From an uncultured Solirubrobacterales bacterium (GTDB lineage: Bacteria; Actinomycetota; Thermoleophilia; Solirubrobacterales; 70-9), in the NCBI GenBank assembly GCA_963698625.1, contig CAVORK010000003.1, positions 411,317 to 475,316 on the forward strand: DNA of 64,000 bases, given 5' to 3'. Positions 46,701-58,259 of the stretch are shown here, piece by piece. The translations under genes and the position numbers were made by a program. Numbering within the stretch: the first letter of the stretch is position 1; each line of letters opens with the position of its first letter. The notes beneath the pieces are model-generated. The model was not told the origin of the DNA, searched no databases, and saw only the letters and a program-made list of their open reading frames with translations.

Positions 46701-47904
46701 CGTCTCGGTCACCTGCCCGAGTGGCTACTTTGCCTCCGACGGCTCGGTCCGGATCGACCAGATCGACCACGGAACCGGTGACTGGCCGACGCAGCAGGTA
46801 CTCGAGTCCAGGGCCAGTTCGCTCGACACCTGGCAGGGCACCGTAAAAAACACCGCCACCGGTCGCGCCCAGGCCAAGATCTTCGCCGTCTGCATCAAGC
46901 AGACGACCAACCAGATCGACGGACACACCCATGATCTGATCGTCTCGGCACCGGTTACGGTCACCGCGGCGGTTCCTGCCGGCCTCCACGAGGAGACCCT
47001 CGCCTGCCCCGCAGGTACGGTTGCGATCCAGCCCGGCTTCAGCTCGACCGCTCCCGCCGACCTCGTCTACAGCGAGCCTGAAGGCAGCGGCTGGAAGTTC
47101 AGGCTTGACGTGAGCGCCGATGCCGACGTCACCTTCTCGATCCGCTGCATGTCGAGGCAGACCACCTCAAGCAGCGGCCACGACCATAACCTCGATCTAC
47201 AGCACATCGTTGCCGAGGTCACGGTCGAAGGCATGACCGTCAACGAGGCCCAGCTCACCTGCTCCGATGGCTACAAGGGCATCGTCGCCGACATGGACCT
47301 CGACCCCGGACTGGTCAGCCTCGGTAGCGACCCGCGTCCGGTGACCAGGGCCTTCAAGCTCTACAACCCGACCATGGGCCCGCTCAAGGCACGCATCAGC
47401 CTGCTTTGCCTGGGCAACATGACGAGCGGCCACAACATCGGTCCGGTTCAGATCGTCAATACCGCCTACATCACGACCACCTCCAACGACGAGACCCCGG
47501 CCAACAACCAGTCCTCGGCGACCATCACGGTGAACGCCACCGGCACCAACAACCCGATTCCGAACCCGGACCCGGACAAGCCGGTCGTCAACAACCCGAT
47601 CGGCATGAGCATCGGCGGAAGCGATGTTGCCCTGCGTGGCAACCGCGCCCTGGTGACGGTGAACTGCTCAGGTGCCTGCTCCGGCAAGGCCAGGCTGTTC
47701 TCAGCCAGGACGGTCAAGGTCGGCAAGAAGAAGGTCGGCAAGGGCACTCTGCTCGCCAAAGGCACCTTCCGCTTCAACTCGGCCGGCAAGCGCAAGCTGA
47801 AGCTGAAGGTCAACCGGACCGGTCGCAAGGTCCTGAGCAGAGGCGGCAAGGCCCTGCTCAAGCTCTCCTCGGGAGAGAAGAAGCTGGTGCGCATCAAGCG
47901 CTGA
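40738..47904 (+). CDS. giant secreted surface protein C (~2385 aa). Order: signal peptide, head type 2, DUF11 domain, 11 x 121-aa repeats, shared C-terminal module. About 3 frame breaks.
   Basis: ATG at 40738 (the ORF track opens at TTG 40726). Signal peptide ..ARTAIRFAPVIAVLAAGLAAAAPAQA. ORF pieces 40726..44010, 43385..44977, 44967..45470 and 45205..47904 are contiguous in protein sequence, with indels at about 43495, 44891 and 45330. The C-terminal 515 aa are closely similar to the end of gene A. Confidence 0.8.
42349..46356 (+). repeat. tandem array of 11 x 363-bp coding repeats (121-aa CX6C unit) inside gene C
   Basis: Unit starts are at 42349, 42712, 43075, 43438, 43805, 44168, 44531, 44895, 45261, 45625 and 45988. 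Spacing is 363 bp, or 364-367 where there are indels or a 1-aa longer linker. Confidence 0.9.
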
Positions 47905-48007
47905 GCGTCTTCTGGCAGGTCTTTCTCACAGGCCTCACAGTCCTGGTCCGGTAACGGGACGGCTTAAAGCCGCTTTACCTGAGCTTGTTACCTTTAATAC
48001 TCGGCCG

Positions 48008-48031
48008 ACCGGCCTCGCAAGGCCGGTTTTT
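48008..48031 (+). terminator. rho-independent terminator after gene C
   Basis: ACCGGCC (48008-48014), loop TCGCAA, GGCCGGT (48021-48027), running into TTTTT (48027-48031). Confidence 0.6.
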
Positions 48032-48063
48032 CGCTTCTGTAAAGAAGAAAAGCGAATCTTCCG

Positions 48064-48083
48064 CCGATTCAGACTGTTGAATC
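48064..48083 (+). promoter_or_regulatory. conserved CCGATTCAG motif embedded in a perfect palindrome, 19 nt upstream of the gene D start
   Basis: CCGATTCAG at 48064-48072. GATTCA (48066-48071) and TGAATC (48078-48083) are exact inverted repeats separated by 6 nt, an operator-like architecture. Confidence 0.45.
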
Positions 48084-48101
48084 AACAGAAAGCTTTACAC
48101 C

Positions 48102-51100
48102 TTGAGCCCTGCGATCAAAACACCTCTGTCTCTTCTTGCGGCCATTTTGGCTCTGCTTATGGGCCTGGCCTTCGCGTCGACCGCTCAGGCAGCCGGTACG
48201 CCCGATGTCCAGCTGGCCGCGAACGCGGGCAGTCCTCTCTACGGCCAAGCCGGGACGTCTTCGTCTACCGCGGCTCTTGGAAACGGTCAGCCGAGCGGCT
48301 ACAACCTCAGCTTTCGTGCCGTCCTGCCGGCCGGCATCTCCTACACCGGCGGCGCTGTGTTCCCGCCCCAGGTGATCAACAACGCTCCTGCAACCGGTCA
48401 GACCACGCTGGTCTTCTCAAATGTCTCAGACCTGGTCGCGAATTCGCAGCAGGGCATCGCGCTGAACCTGGCGCATGACCAGAGCATCTACGGGGTCGGC
48501 GACAGTTACGCGATCACCTGGCAGGCCTTCGTCAACTCGGATCCGCGCACGCTGCCGAAATTCAGCGCGAGCGGGGTGCCGGACCCCGCCTCCTTCACCG
48601 GATCCGCCACCGCCTCCGCAACTGCTCAGATCCTCGCGATCAAACTCTCCAAGTCCGAGCCAAGCCGTGAAGGCGAGATCCTCCGTGGGGTTCACGACAA
48701 CCAGACCGTTTACACGCTGACCCTCCAGAACAATTCGGTCAACCCGACCGCGGCGACGACCATCGACGATTACCTGCCTGCCGGCCTCGAGTTCCTCGGC
48801 TGCACCGGTACCCCTGACAGCACGACCGATGCCCCGACCAACCCGGGCAGTTCGCAGGAGTACCCCGGTTCGGGTCCGATCGTGGTCAATGCCGTTCCGG
48901 ACTGCTTCTCCCCGGTGCTGGTCGAGACGGTCCAGACCGACCCCGACCTCGCCGGTCCGATGCCATTCGCCGTATATACGCATGTGCGCTGGAACACAGG
49001 AACCCTGGCGCCGTCCCAGCAGATCACCTACCGCTATCGCGCAGCAGTTCCGCTGGCCGCGAACACCCTCACCTGGAGCGGCTCCCAGCCGACCGCTGCC
49101 TCGGGCCTGCAGGCCGCCAACCTGGACAACAACTCCGGTCCCGAGATCACCGATGAGCAGGACCTGACCAACTACGCCGCGGCGGCCGGTACCTACCAGG
49201 GCACCGGGGGAGACCTGAGCGTCGCTTCGGACGCGAGGTTGAGCCGCACCGCCGAGGACCTGGTGGTCTACAAGAGCGGCAGTTCGGGCAGCCTCGGCCA
49301 GGGGAACATCACGCAGTGGGAGCTGAAGTTCCGGACCGGCGAGTACCGCTACAGCGATGACATCGTCGTCACCGACACCCTGCCCAGTGGTCTCTGCCCG
49401 CTCGGACCGGTCAACTACACGACCGGAAACGACCCCAGCGACAGCGAGTGCGCGCCGACCGGCGACGATCCCAGCGTCCCCTACCAGTCGGTGACCGAGA
49501 ACAGCGACGGCACTTTCACGATCACCTGGGACAAGAGCAAGCTCGCCAAGCTCGGCCACACCAATGTGAACGACGAGTTCGTAATCACTTTCCCGACCAG
49601 GACCCGCAACAGCTTCCAGAGCAACTTCCTGCCGACAACACCCATTCTCGCGATGGACTCGGTCTCGAACAAGGTCGATCTCACGGGAAACGCTTTCTCA
49701 AGGTGCGTCGCGCCCGGCACTCCCGACTGCTCGACCACCGGCCCGCGAATCTGGAGTGATGCCGGTCAGCCTGAACCGGTCGTGGACGCCTCTGCCGCCG
49801 GCCAGACCGCTCCGCAGGTGGTTCTCAAGAAGGAAGTCGCCGCCACCGGCACCAACTGCCAGGCGGTCACCTACGGCAACACCGTTCCGGTCTACCACCC
49901 CGGTGACAGGCTTTGCTGGCGACATCACGGTCGACTTCCCCGCGAAAGTCGATACGAAGGGTTTCGTAGCGACCGACTTCCTGCCGCTGAACTCGACCTA
50001 CGTTTCGGGGAGCGCACAGGATACGGCGGCCAATACGACCACGAACACGCTTGACGACAGCGCCGCTTCAGCCGGCCTGCTCAACTGGACGATCGACGGC
50101 GGGGTCGTTCCGACCGGCGGCCGGAAGTTCCAGGTCACCTTCGCCACCAACCTGATGCCGGTCGGCATCATCGACAGTTCCGACATCAAGGGCAATCTGC
50201 TCAAGTTCGGGATTCAGAACACTCCGGGGCAGGCCTTCCCGCTGCGTGATCAGGCGGAATTCGAGACAGTGCCGGTAACGGTCGGGATCAAGAAGGGCGT
50301 GCGCCAGGTAAACAGCGGCGCGATCCAGGATCCGCCGGCTGACGGCCTCACGGTGCGCGCGGGAGACATCGCGACCTACCAGGTTGACGTCAAGTCAACC
50401 GGTGACAGCAAGGAAGTTCAGGTCTGGGACCGGCTTCCCGCTGCCTTCGACTGCACTGCGGTGAGCGTGATCTCGGACGGCGGCGTCTGCGTCGACGGTG
50501 GCACCGGTCGCGACGTGATCAAATGGACCGTTCCGGCGATCAACGACGGCGCGACCAAGGTCTCTGACCTACAAGGTCCAGATCCCGTCCGACGTCGGGC
50601 CGGAGAACACCTACACCAACGAATCCGGTGTACGCGAGTACAAAGCGGAGACCAACATCGGCACGCTGTTCACCTACACGCCGGAAAACAACATCGACCC
50701 GGCGAACCCGAATACGCCGAACATCGCCCGGGTTGATGACCCGAGTGACGTCAACACTCCCGTCGTCGCGATCTCCAAGAGCCGCAGTACCTCGATCACC
50801 GAGGCCGGCAACAGCAATTCGCAGGCAACGATCGGGGAGACCATCAACTACACGGTCACGACCACGCTGCCCGCCGGCACGACGATGGGGACCAACGCGA
50901 GCATCGTCGACACTCCCAACTCGGCCGCCACCCAGCCGATCGTCGGCACGCCGACGGCGCTGCTCAACGGCAACCCGCTGCCCCCGGATTGGACCATCAC
51001 CACGTCTGGTCAGGTAGTCACCGTCCGCATGCCAGACAACTACGTCATCCCGAACGGCAGCAACCACGTCGTCACGATGTTTATCTCGACTCGCGTCGCC

Positions 51101-54100
51101 AACACGAGCAACAACGCCAACCGTCGCGGTCAAAGCCGGACCAACCAGGCCACGGTCAGCTGGACCGACGGAATCCCTTACAGCGCCGACTCGAATCAGG
51201 TGTCGACGACTATTGTCGAGCCGCTCATCTCCCAGAGCAAGACGAACTCGGTCCAGCCAGGCTCGGCCCTGCCCGGAGATACCGTCACCTACACGCTGGT
51301 CACCAGGAACTCCGGTTCTTCCAACGTCAGCATCGCTCACGACACGGTGATTCGCGACGTCGTACCCGTCGGAATGACGCCGGTCGATGCCGGTGGCAGT
51401 CCGCTGGCTGACGGAGTCCTCGTACCCGGAACCGGGGGCTCAACCTGGAACCTCGGCGAGCCGTACGATCACCTCACCGGCGGTTGACATCAATCCCGGT
51501 GCCAACGTGACCTGGAGCTACAAGGCGAAGATCGACAGCCCCGCCATCGCGGGCGCCAGCCTGGTCAACACGGCTGATGCGAAGACGACGTCGATCAGCG
51601 GCAGTGATCCGAACGAGCGCACCTCCGCCAGCCCATACAACACCGGTTACGTCGCGTCCTCGAGCAGCGCCGTGAAAGTCACCGGGGCAACGGTGGCCAA
51701 AGCGGTCGACCCGGCCTGGGCCACAATCGGCACGCCGCTGACCTACACGGTCGACCTGACCATCCCGAAGAATCTGACCATGTTCGACCTGACCGCGGTC
51801 GACACACTGCCGGACTCGCTCGACTTCGACAGTTACACCTCGGCGACCTGTGTTTCCGGCTGCCCGGCCAACCCCGCCCCGACAGTTCAGACCTACGACC
51901 CGGTGATCACGCCTTCGTCGACCACGATCGCCTGGGACCTCGGCAACATCACGCCGGGTACCACCGACCGCGTCATCCGCTTCACCTTCAGGGCGCATGT
52001 GCGTGACACGTACCGCTCCAGTGGTGCCAAGGTCAAGGCCGGGGACAACATCGTCAACGTGGTGCGCGCCCAGTCGAACCTGAGCGACAAGTTCACCTTC
52101 AACCCCGCCAGCCTGCCTGCCGTCAACACCTTTGACTACGTATCGCCGAACGCGACCGTGAGCACCCCGGTTCGCGAGCCGAACATCGCGCTCGACAAGA
52201 AGGTGAAGGTCAACTCCGGTTCCTTCGTGGACGGGCCGGTTCAGAGCCAGCCCGGCGACACGCTGACCTACAGCCTCGCCGTGAAGAACAACGGCTCCAG
52301 CGCCGCCTATGACATGGTCGTGACCGACAAGCCAGATACGAAGATCACGAACGTGGTTCTCGCTCAGGGCGCAGCTTTCAACACTGACGGATGGACCCAG
52401 GCCGACCCGACCATGAAGTGGACCATCCCCGGTCCGATCGCGCCCGGTGAGACGGTGACCCTGACCTACACCGCCGAGCCGCTGCCCTCAGCCCAGCTTC
52501 AGGCCGGCGACAGGGCGATCAACACCGCCGGCTCAAATTACTGGGGCCTGCCGTCTTCCGAGCGGAGCAACCCGTGGACCTACCGCAACTACGACAGCAA
52601 CAACGACACCGTGCGTGTCAACTTCGACTTCCCGGAGATCTCGGTCAACAAGACGACCACGGCCCCGGGTTTCCCGGACATCGCCGATGCTCCGGTGCTG
52701 CAGCCCTTCGGCTGGAGGATCGTCGTCAGGAACAACGCGACCACCGCCAGGGCGCTCGACACCGTGGTCAAGGACACTCTGCCGCCGGCATGGACCTATG
52801 ACGCCGGTTCGACCGCGATCACCGGAGCCGTCACCGCCGAGCCATCCGTCGTGACCAACCCGGCCGGCGACGCGCTGACCTGGGACTTCACAGGTCAGAC
52901 GATCCAGCCTGGTGCCAGCGTGACGATCACCTTCACTGCCACCCCGCAGCTCGCTGCGCGCCTGAACCCGCCGGTCCAGGTCAACGACGCGCACGCCGAC
53001 GCCAGGGACGCCAGCGGTAGCGACCGCAACCTCGACGGCCCCTACACCGACGAAGACGACGCCAGGGCGACACTGAAATTCCCGAAGAACGACCTCGAGA
53101 TCGACAAGAGCGCCCCGGCGGTCGTCGAGTCGCAGGCGACCTTCGACTACACGATGAAGGTGACCAACAACGGACCTGACCCTGCGACCGGCGTGGTCAT
53201 CAACGACCCGCTGCCCGCCGGCCTGACCTTCATCAGCTCCGGCGACTGCAGCCCGGCCATGGTCTGCAACCTCGGATCGCTCGCAGTCGGGGCCAGCAAG
53301 ACCGTCACCGCTCAGGTCAAGGCGACTTACGCCGTTGCCGGCACGATCGTGGTCAACACCGCGGTGGTCACCGGCAACGAGTTCGAGACCAACATCGACA
53401 ACAACACCGACACGGTCGAGACCAAGGTTCTCGGCGAGCCCGATGTCAAGATCACCAAGACCGCGATGCCGACCAACCCGCGTCCGGGCGACATCATCAC
53501 CTACAGGCTCAAGGCCGAGAACGTCGGTACCGCGATCGCCGAGAACGTGGTCGTCACCGACACCCTCCCGGTCGGAGTCACCTTCGTCTCCGCCGACTCG
53601 CCCTGTGTCGAGAACGCCGGCAACATCAGCTGTGAGACTCGGCTCGATGACCCCGGGTGACGTGATCTGGCTCGAAGTCAAGGTCAAGGTCGACACCTGG
53701 GGCAACGCCAACACCGACGGCCGACCACCTGATCGACGTCCAGAAGGTCGAAGCACAGATCGACCTCGAAGCCGGAGAACAGAAGACCGTCTCGGTCACC
53801 TGCCCGTCCGGATACTTCGTCTCCGACGGCTCGGTCCGGATCGACCACATCGATCAGGGCACCGGCGACTGGACCGCGCCGCAGGTTCTCGAATCGCGGG
53901 CATCGAGCCTCGATACCTGGCAGGGAACCGTGAAGAACACCGCCACGGGCCGCGCCCAGGCCAAGATCTTCGCGGTCTGCATCTCGAAGAAGACGGTCGA
54001 TGTACGACGACCACAGCCACGACCTGATCACGAGCGACCAGATCTTCGTCAATCACGAAGCCCTAGCCGGCAAGGACGAGGCTACGCTCCAGTGCGGACC

Positions 54101-54995
54101 CGGCCAGATCGCGATCCAGCCCGGCTTCAACTCGACCGCCCCGGCCGACCTCGTCTACAGCGAACCCGAGGGCAACGGCTGGAAGTTCATCCTCGACCTC
54201 AAGGCCGACGGCTGACGTCACCTACTCGATCCGCTGCATGACCCGCCAGGTCTCGGTTGTCAACGGCCATACCCATGACCTCAAGCTTGAGCACCTGGTC
54301 AACGAGGTCACGATCCAGGGCAACACGGTCAACGAGGCCCAGCTCACCTGCGCCGACGGCTACAAGGGCATCGTCGCCGACATGGACCTCGACCCCGGAC
54401 TGGTCAGCCTCGGCAACGATCCGCGTCCGGTGACCAGGGCCTTCAAGATCTACAACCCGACCGATCGGGCCCGCTCAACGCAAGGATCAGCCTGCTCTGC
54501 CTGGGCACGAGGACCGGTGGCGAGCACCTGCCGCCAAAGGTTCTGGTCAACAGCGCTCACATCACGACGACCACGTTCGAGACCGTCACGAGCAACAACA
54601 TGTACTCGGCCACGGTCATCGCGGAGGACACCGACAACCACACCCCGGTGACTCCGAAGCCTCCGGTCAAGCCGACCCCGAACAACCCGATCGGCATGAG
54701 CATCGGCGGAAGTGACGTCGCCTTCCGCGGCAGCGAGGGTCCTGGCCACGGTCAAGTGCACCGGAGCCTGCTCACGGCAAGGCCAGGCTGGTCTCGGTCA
54801 AGACGGTCAAGGTCGGCAGGAAGAAGTTCCGCAGGGGCACCGTGCTCGCCAAGGGCAGCTTCAGGTTCAACACGGCCGGCAGGCGCAAGCTGAACCTCAA
54901 GGTCAACGAAGAAGGGCCGCAAGGTCCTCAAGCAGACCCCCAAGGCCCTGCTGAAGCTCTCCTCAGGCAAGCAGAAGCTCGTCCGCATCCGGTAG
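48102..54995 (+). CDS. giant secreted surface protein D (~2295 aa). Order: signal peptide, multiple DUF11-type domains (no 121-aa repeats), shared C-terminal module. At least 10 frame breaks, concentrated after 53.6 kb.
   Basis: TTG at 48102. Signal peptide MSPAIKTPLSLLAAILALLMGLAFASTAQA. ORF pieces 48102..50054, 49756..50736, 50885..51487 and 51387..53660, plus short pieces to 54995, are contiguous in protein sequence. DUF11-like units include ..DLEIDKSAPAVVESQATFDYTMKVTNNGPDPATGVVINDPLPAGLTFISSGDC... The end, ..GRRKLNLKVNEEG / RKVLKQTPKALLKLSSGKQKLVRIR (stop 54993-54995), parallels the tails of genes A and C. Confidence 0.7.
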
Positions 54996-55020
54996 CCATC
55001 TGCGTCACATTCAGTTTGGA

Positions 55021-55051
55021 AGAGCCCCGGACTTCCGGGGCTCTTTCATTT
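55021..55051 (+). terminator. strong rho-independent terminator closing the giant-gene locus
   Basis: AGAGCCCCGG (55021-55030), loop ACTT, CCGGGGCTCT (55035-55044): a perfect 10-bp stem followed by TTCATTT. Confidence 0.8.
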
Positions 55052-55079
55052 CCGGATGTCGGACCGGAGCGGTCGGGGG

Positions 55080-55396
55080 CTACTCGTGGATTTCGAGTTC
55101 CGAGGCGAGTTCGGTCTTGCCGTCTCTGGTGAACTGGACGTCGACCGTTTCGTTCTTGCGGTAGGTGCCGAAGAAGCCGAGGTACATCGCCAGCCAGCGG
55201 GACATGCCGATCTCCTCCTTGATGATCTCGCGGGTGAAGACGATCTCGCTGCCTTCGAACGTTGTAGTCCTTGCCGGCGGTCTGGGTGACACCGTTGATG
55301 AAGACGATGATCGGTTCGGTCGCGCCCTGCGGCAGCCTGACCCGGCGGCCGGCCGCGTACGAGCCCTTGGGGACCTCTTTCTTCGGATTCGCTCAT
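55080..55396 (-). CDS. small hypothetical protein (~105 aa), frame broken twice
   Basis: ATG (complement of 55394-55396) overlaps the stop of the upstream small ORF in an ATGA arrangement. The joined translation is MSES/KKEVPKGSYAAGRRVRLPQGATEPIIVFINGVTQTAGKDYNV/FEGSEIVFTREIIKEEIGMSRWLAMYLGFFGTYRKNETVDVQFTRDGKTELASELEIHE. I do not recognise a family. Confidence 0.4.
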
Positions 55397-55739
55397 CGCT
55401 GGAGAGTCTCCCTCATCGATTCGACGATCTGCTTTGCCGTCTCACCTTCCAGCGGTTTGCGGCTGACCCCGCCGGAGAAGCCGAGCAGGGAATTGTCGCC
55501 GCGGATGTCGACCCCGGCGGTGGGCGGGGAGATGAATCCCTTGCCGGACATCTCGATCCTGGCTTTGACCAGCTGCTCCGGCTCGTAGTCGCGAATCGCG
55601 CTTGACCGAGTCCAGCGGGGCGTCAGCGGCGATCGCTTCGATGCTGACCCCGGGCCGCTTCGAGCGCGGAGTCGAGATCGTCGAACTTGACCCGGCTCAC
55701 GTCGGAGCCATTGCGGACTGTCAGCTTCCAGGCGGCCAA
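55393..55739 (-). CDS. small hypothetical protein (~115 aa), frame broken once
   Basis: Possible TTG start just after the citrate synthase stop. Joined translation: MAAWKLTVRNGSDVSRVKFDDLDSALEAARG/SIEAIAADAPLDSVKRAIRDYEPEQLVKARIEMSGKGFISPPTAGVDIRGDNSLLGFSGGVSRKPLEGETAKQIVESMRETLQR. The stop is coupled (ATGA) to the next ORF. Confidence 0.35.
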
Positions 55740-55757
55740 ACCGGTGGCAGGCGTTGC

Positions 55758-57180
55758 TCAGGGACTCGGGCGCCTGGCCGGCGGACCGTCGATCCGGTCA
55801 CCGCCGCTGCGCTCGCCGATCGGTACGTAGTCGGCCTCGCGGGCGCCGGTGTAGATCTGGCGTGGACGCGAGATCTTCTTCTCGGGATCGTCGGTCATCT
55901 CCATCCACTGGGAGATCCAGCCGGCGGTGCGGGGGATGGCGAAGATCACAGTGAACATTTCCGGCGGGATCTTCAGCGCTTCGTAGATGATGCCGGAGAA
56001 GAAGTCGACGTTCGGGAAGAGCTTGCGCGAGGTGAAGAAGTCGTCGTCGAGGGCGCGCTTCTCGAGTTCGGTCGCGATCTCGACCAGCGGGTTGTACTCG
56101 GTCGCTTCGAGCACACCGTCGGCATGCTCCTTGATGATCGCGGCGCGCGGGTCGTAGTTCTTGTAGACCCGGTGGCCGAAGCCCATCAGCTTCTCTTCGC
56201 GGTTCTTGACCTTCTCGAGGAAGTCGGGAATGTTCTCGACGGTGCCGATGTGGCGCAGCATCTTGAGCACGGCTTCGTTGGCACCGCCGTGAAGGCGGCC
56301 GTAGAGCGCGGCGATGCCGGCGGCGACCGCCGAGTACGGGTCGACGTCGGAGGAGCCGACTCCGCGCACGGCGCTGGTCGAGCAGTTCTGCTCGTGGTCG
56401 GCGTGGAGGATGAAGAGGACGTCGAGCGCCCGGGCCAGACGGGGATCCGGGTCGTACTTCGCCTCGGTCATCTTGAACATCATCGAGAGGAAGTTCTCCG
56501 AGTAGGAGAGGTCGTTGTCCGGGTAGACGTATGGCAGGCCCATGTTGTGGCGGTACGAGAAGGCCGCCAGGGTCGGCATCTTGGCGATCAGGCGGATCGT
56601 CGCCAGGTAGCGCTCGACCGGGTCGTTGATCTGGTTGGAGTCCGGGTAGAAGGTCGAGAGCGCACCGGTCGAGGCGAGCAGCATGCCCATCGGGTGGGCG
56701 TCGTAGCGGAAGCCGGTGAGGAACTTCTTGATGTCCTCGTGGACGAAGGTGTGGTGGGTGACGTCGTGGACCCAGGACTCGAGCTGCGGGCGGGTCGGCA
56801 GCTCGCCGAAGACCAGCAGGTAGGCGACTTCGAGGTAGGTCGACTGCTCGCAGAGCTGTTCGATCGGGATGCCGCGGTGCTCGAGGATCCCGGCCTCGCC
56901 GTCGATGTAGGTGATCGAGGAGCGGCAGGAGGCGGTATTGGTGAAGGCCGGGTCGTAGGCCATCATGCCGAAGTCGTCTTCTTTGACCTTGATCTGGCGG
57001 AGGTCCATCGCCCGGATCGTGTCGTCTTCGATCGGCAGTTCGTAAGATGCGGCCGGTGCGGTTGTCGGTGACGGTGAGCGAGTCGTTCGACACTTCGGGG
57101 CCGGCTCCGTTTCCGTCCGTTCCGGCTACATCGGCGACATCGCCCTCGGCAGCATCGTCAGTCTTTTCCTCGGTACCCAT
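55758..57180 (-). CDS. gltA: citrate synthase (type II), frame broken once near 57040
   Basis: ORF 55758..57008 carries canonical citrate synthase sequence (..ITYIDGEAGILEHRGIPIEQL.., ..LFILHADHEQNCSTSAVR.., ..GFGHRVYKNYDPRA..). The N-terminus (MGTEEKTDD..SLTVTDNRTGR) lies in the frame of ORF 55798..57180 and joins ..SYELPIEDDTIRAMDLRQIKV after a 1-nt indel. Confidence 0.9.
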
Positions 57181-57265
57181 CCAGCATCTCCTGAGATTCT
57201 CTTCGCTCTTTTTCTTTCCGGGTCAGTATCGCAGCTTGACGCTCTGCGTCGGCACTGCAGGCCGT

Positions 57266-58190
<925 letters not shown>

Positions 58191-58259
58191 GGTGGTCCCT
58201 TTCGGTGCGGGTTACGGACTCCGCCATCCTACGGACATTCGGAGTGCGAGAATGAGCCA

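Noticed and set aside
11193-55051. The giant-gene locus as a mobile genomic island.
   Set aside because: No integrase, transposase, tRNA gene or flanking direct repeats are visible. Coding-region GC content and codon style look like the flanking housekeeping genes, and only the intergenic leaders are AT-richer.
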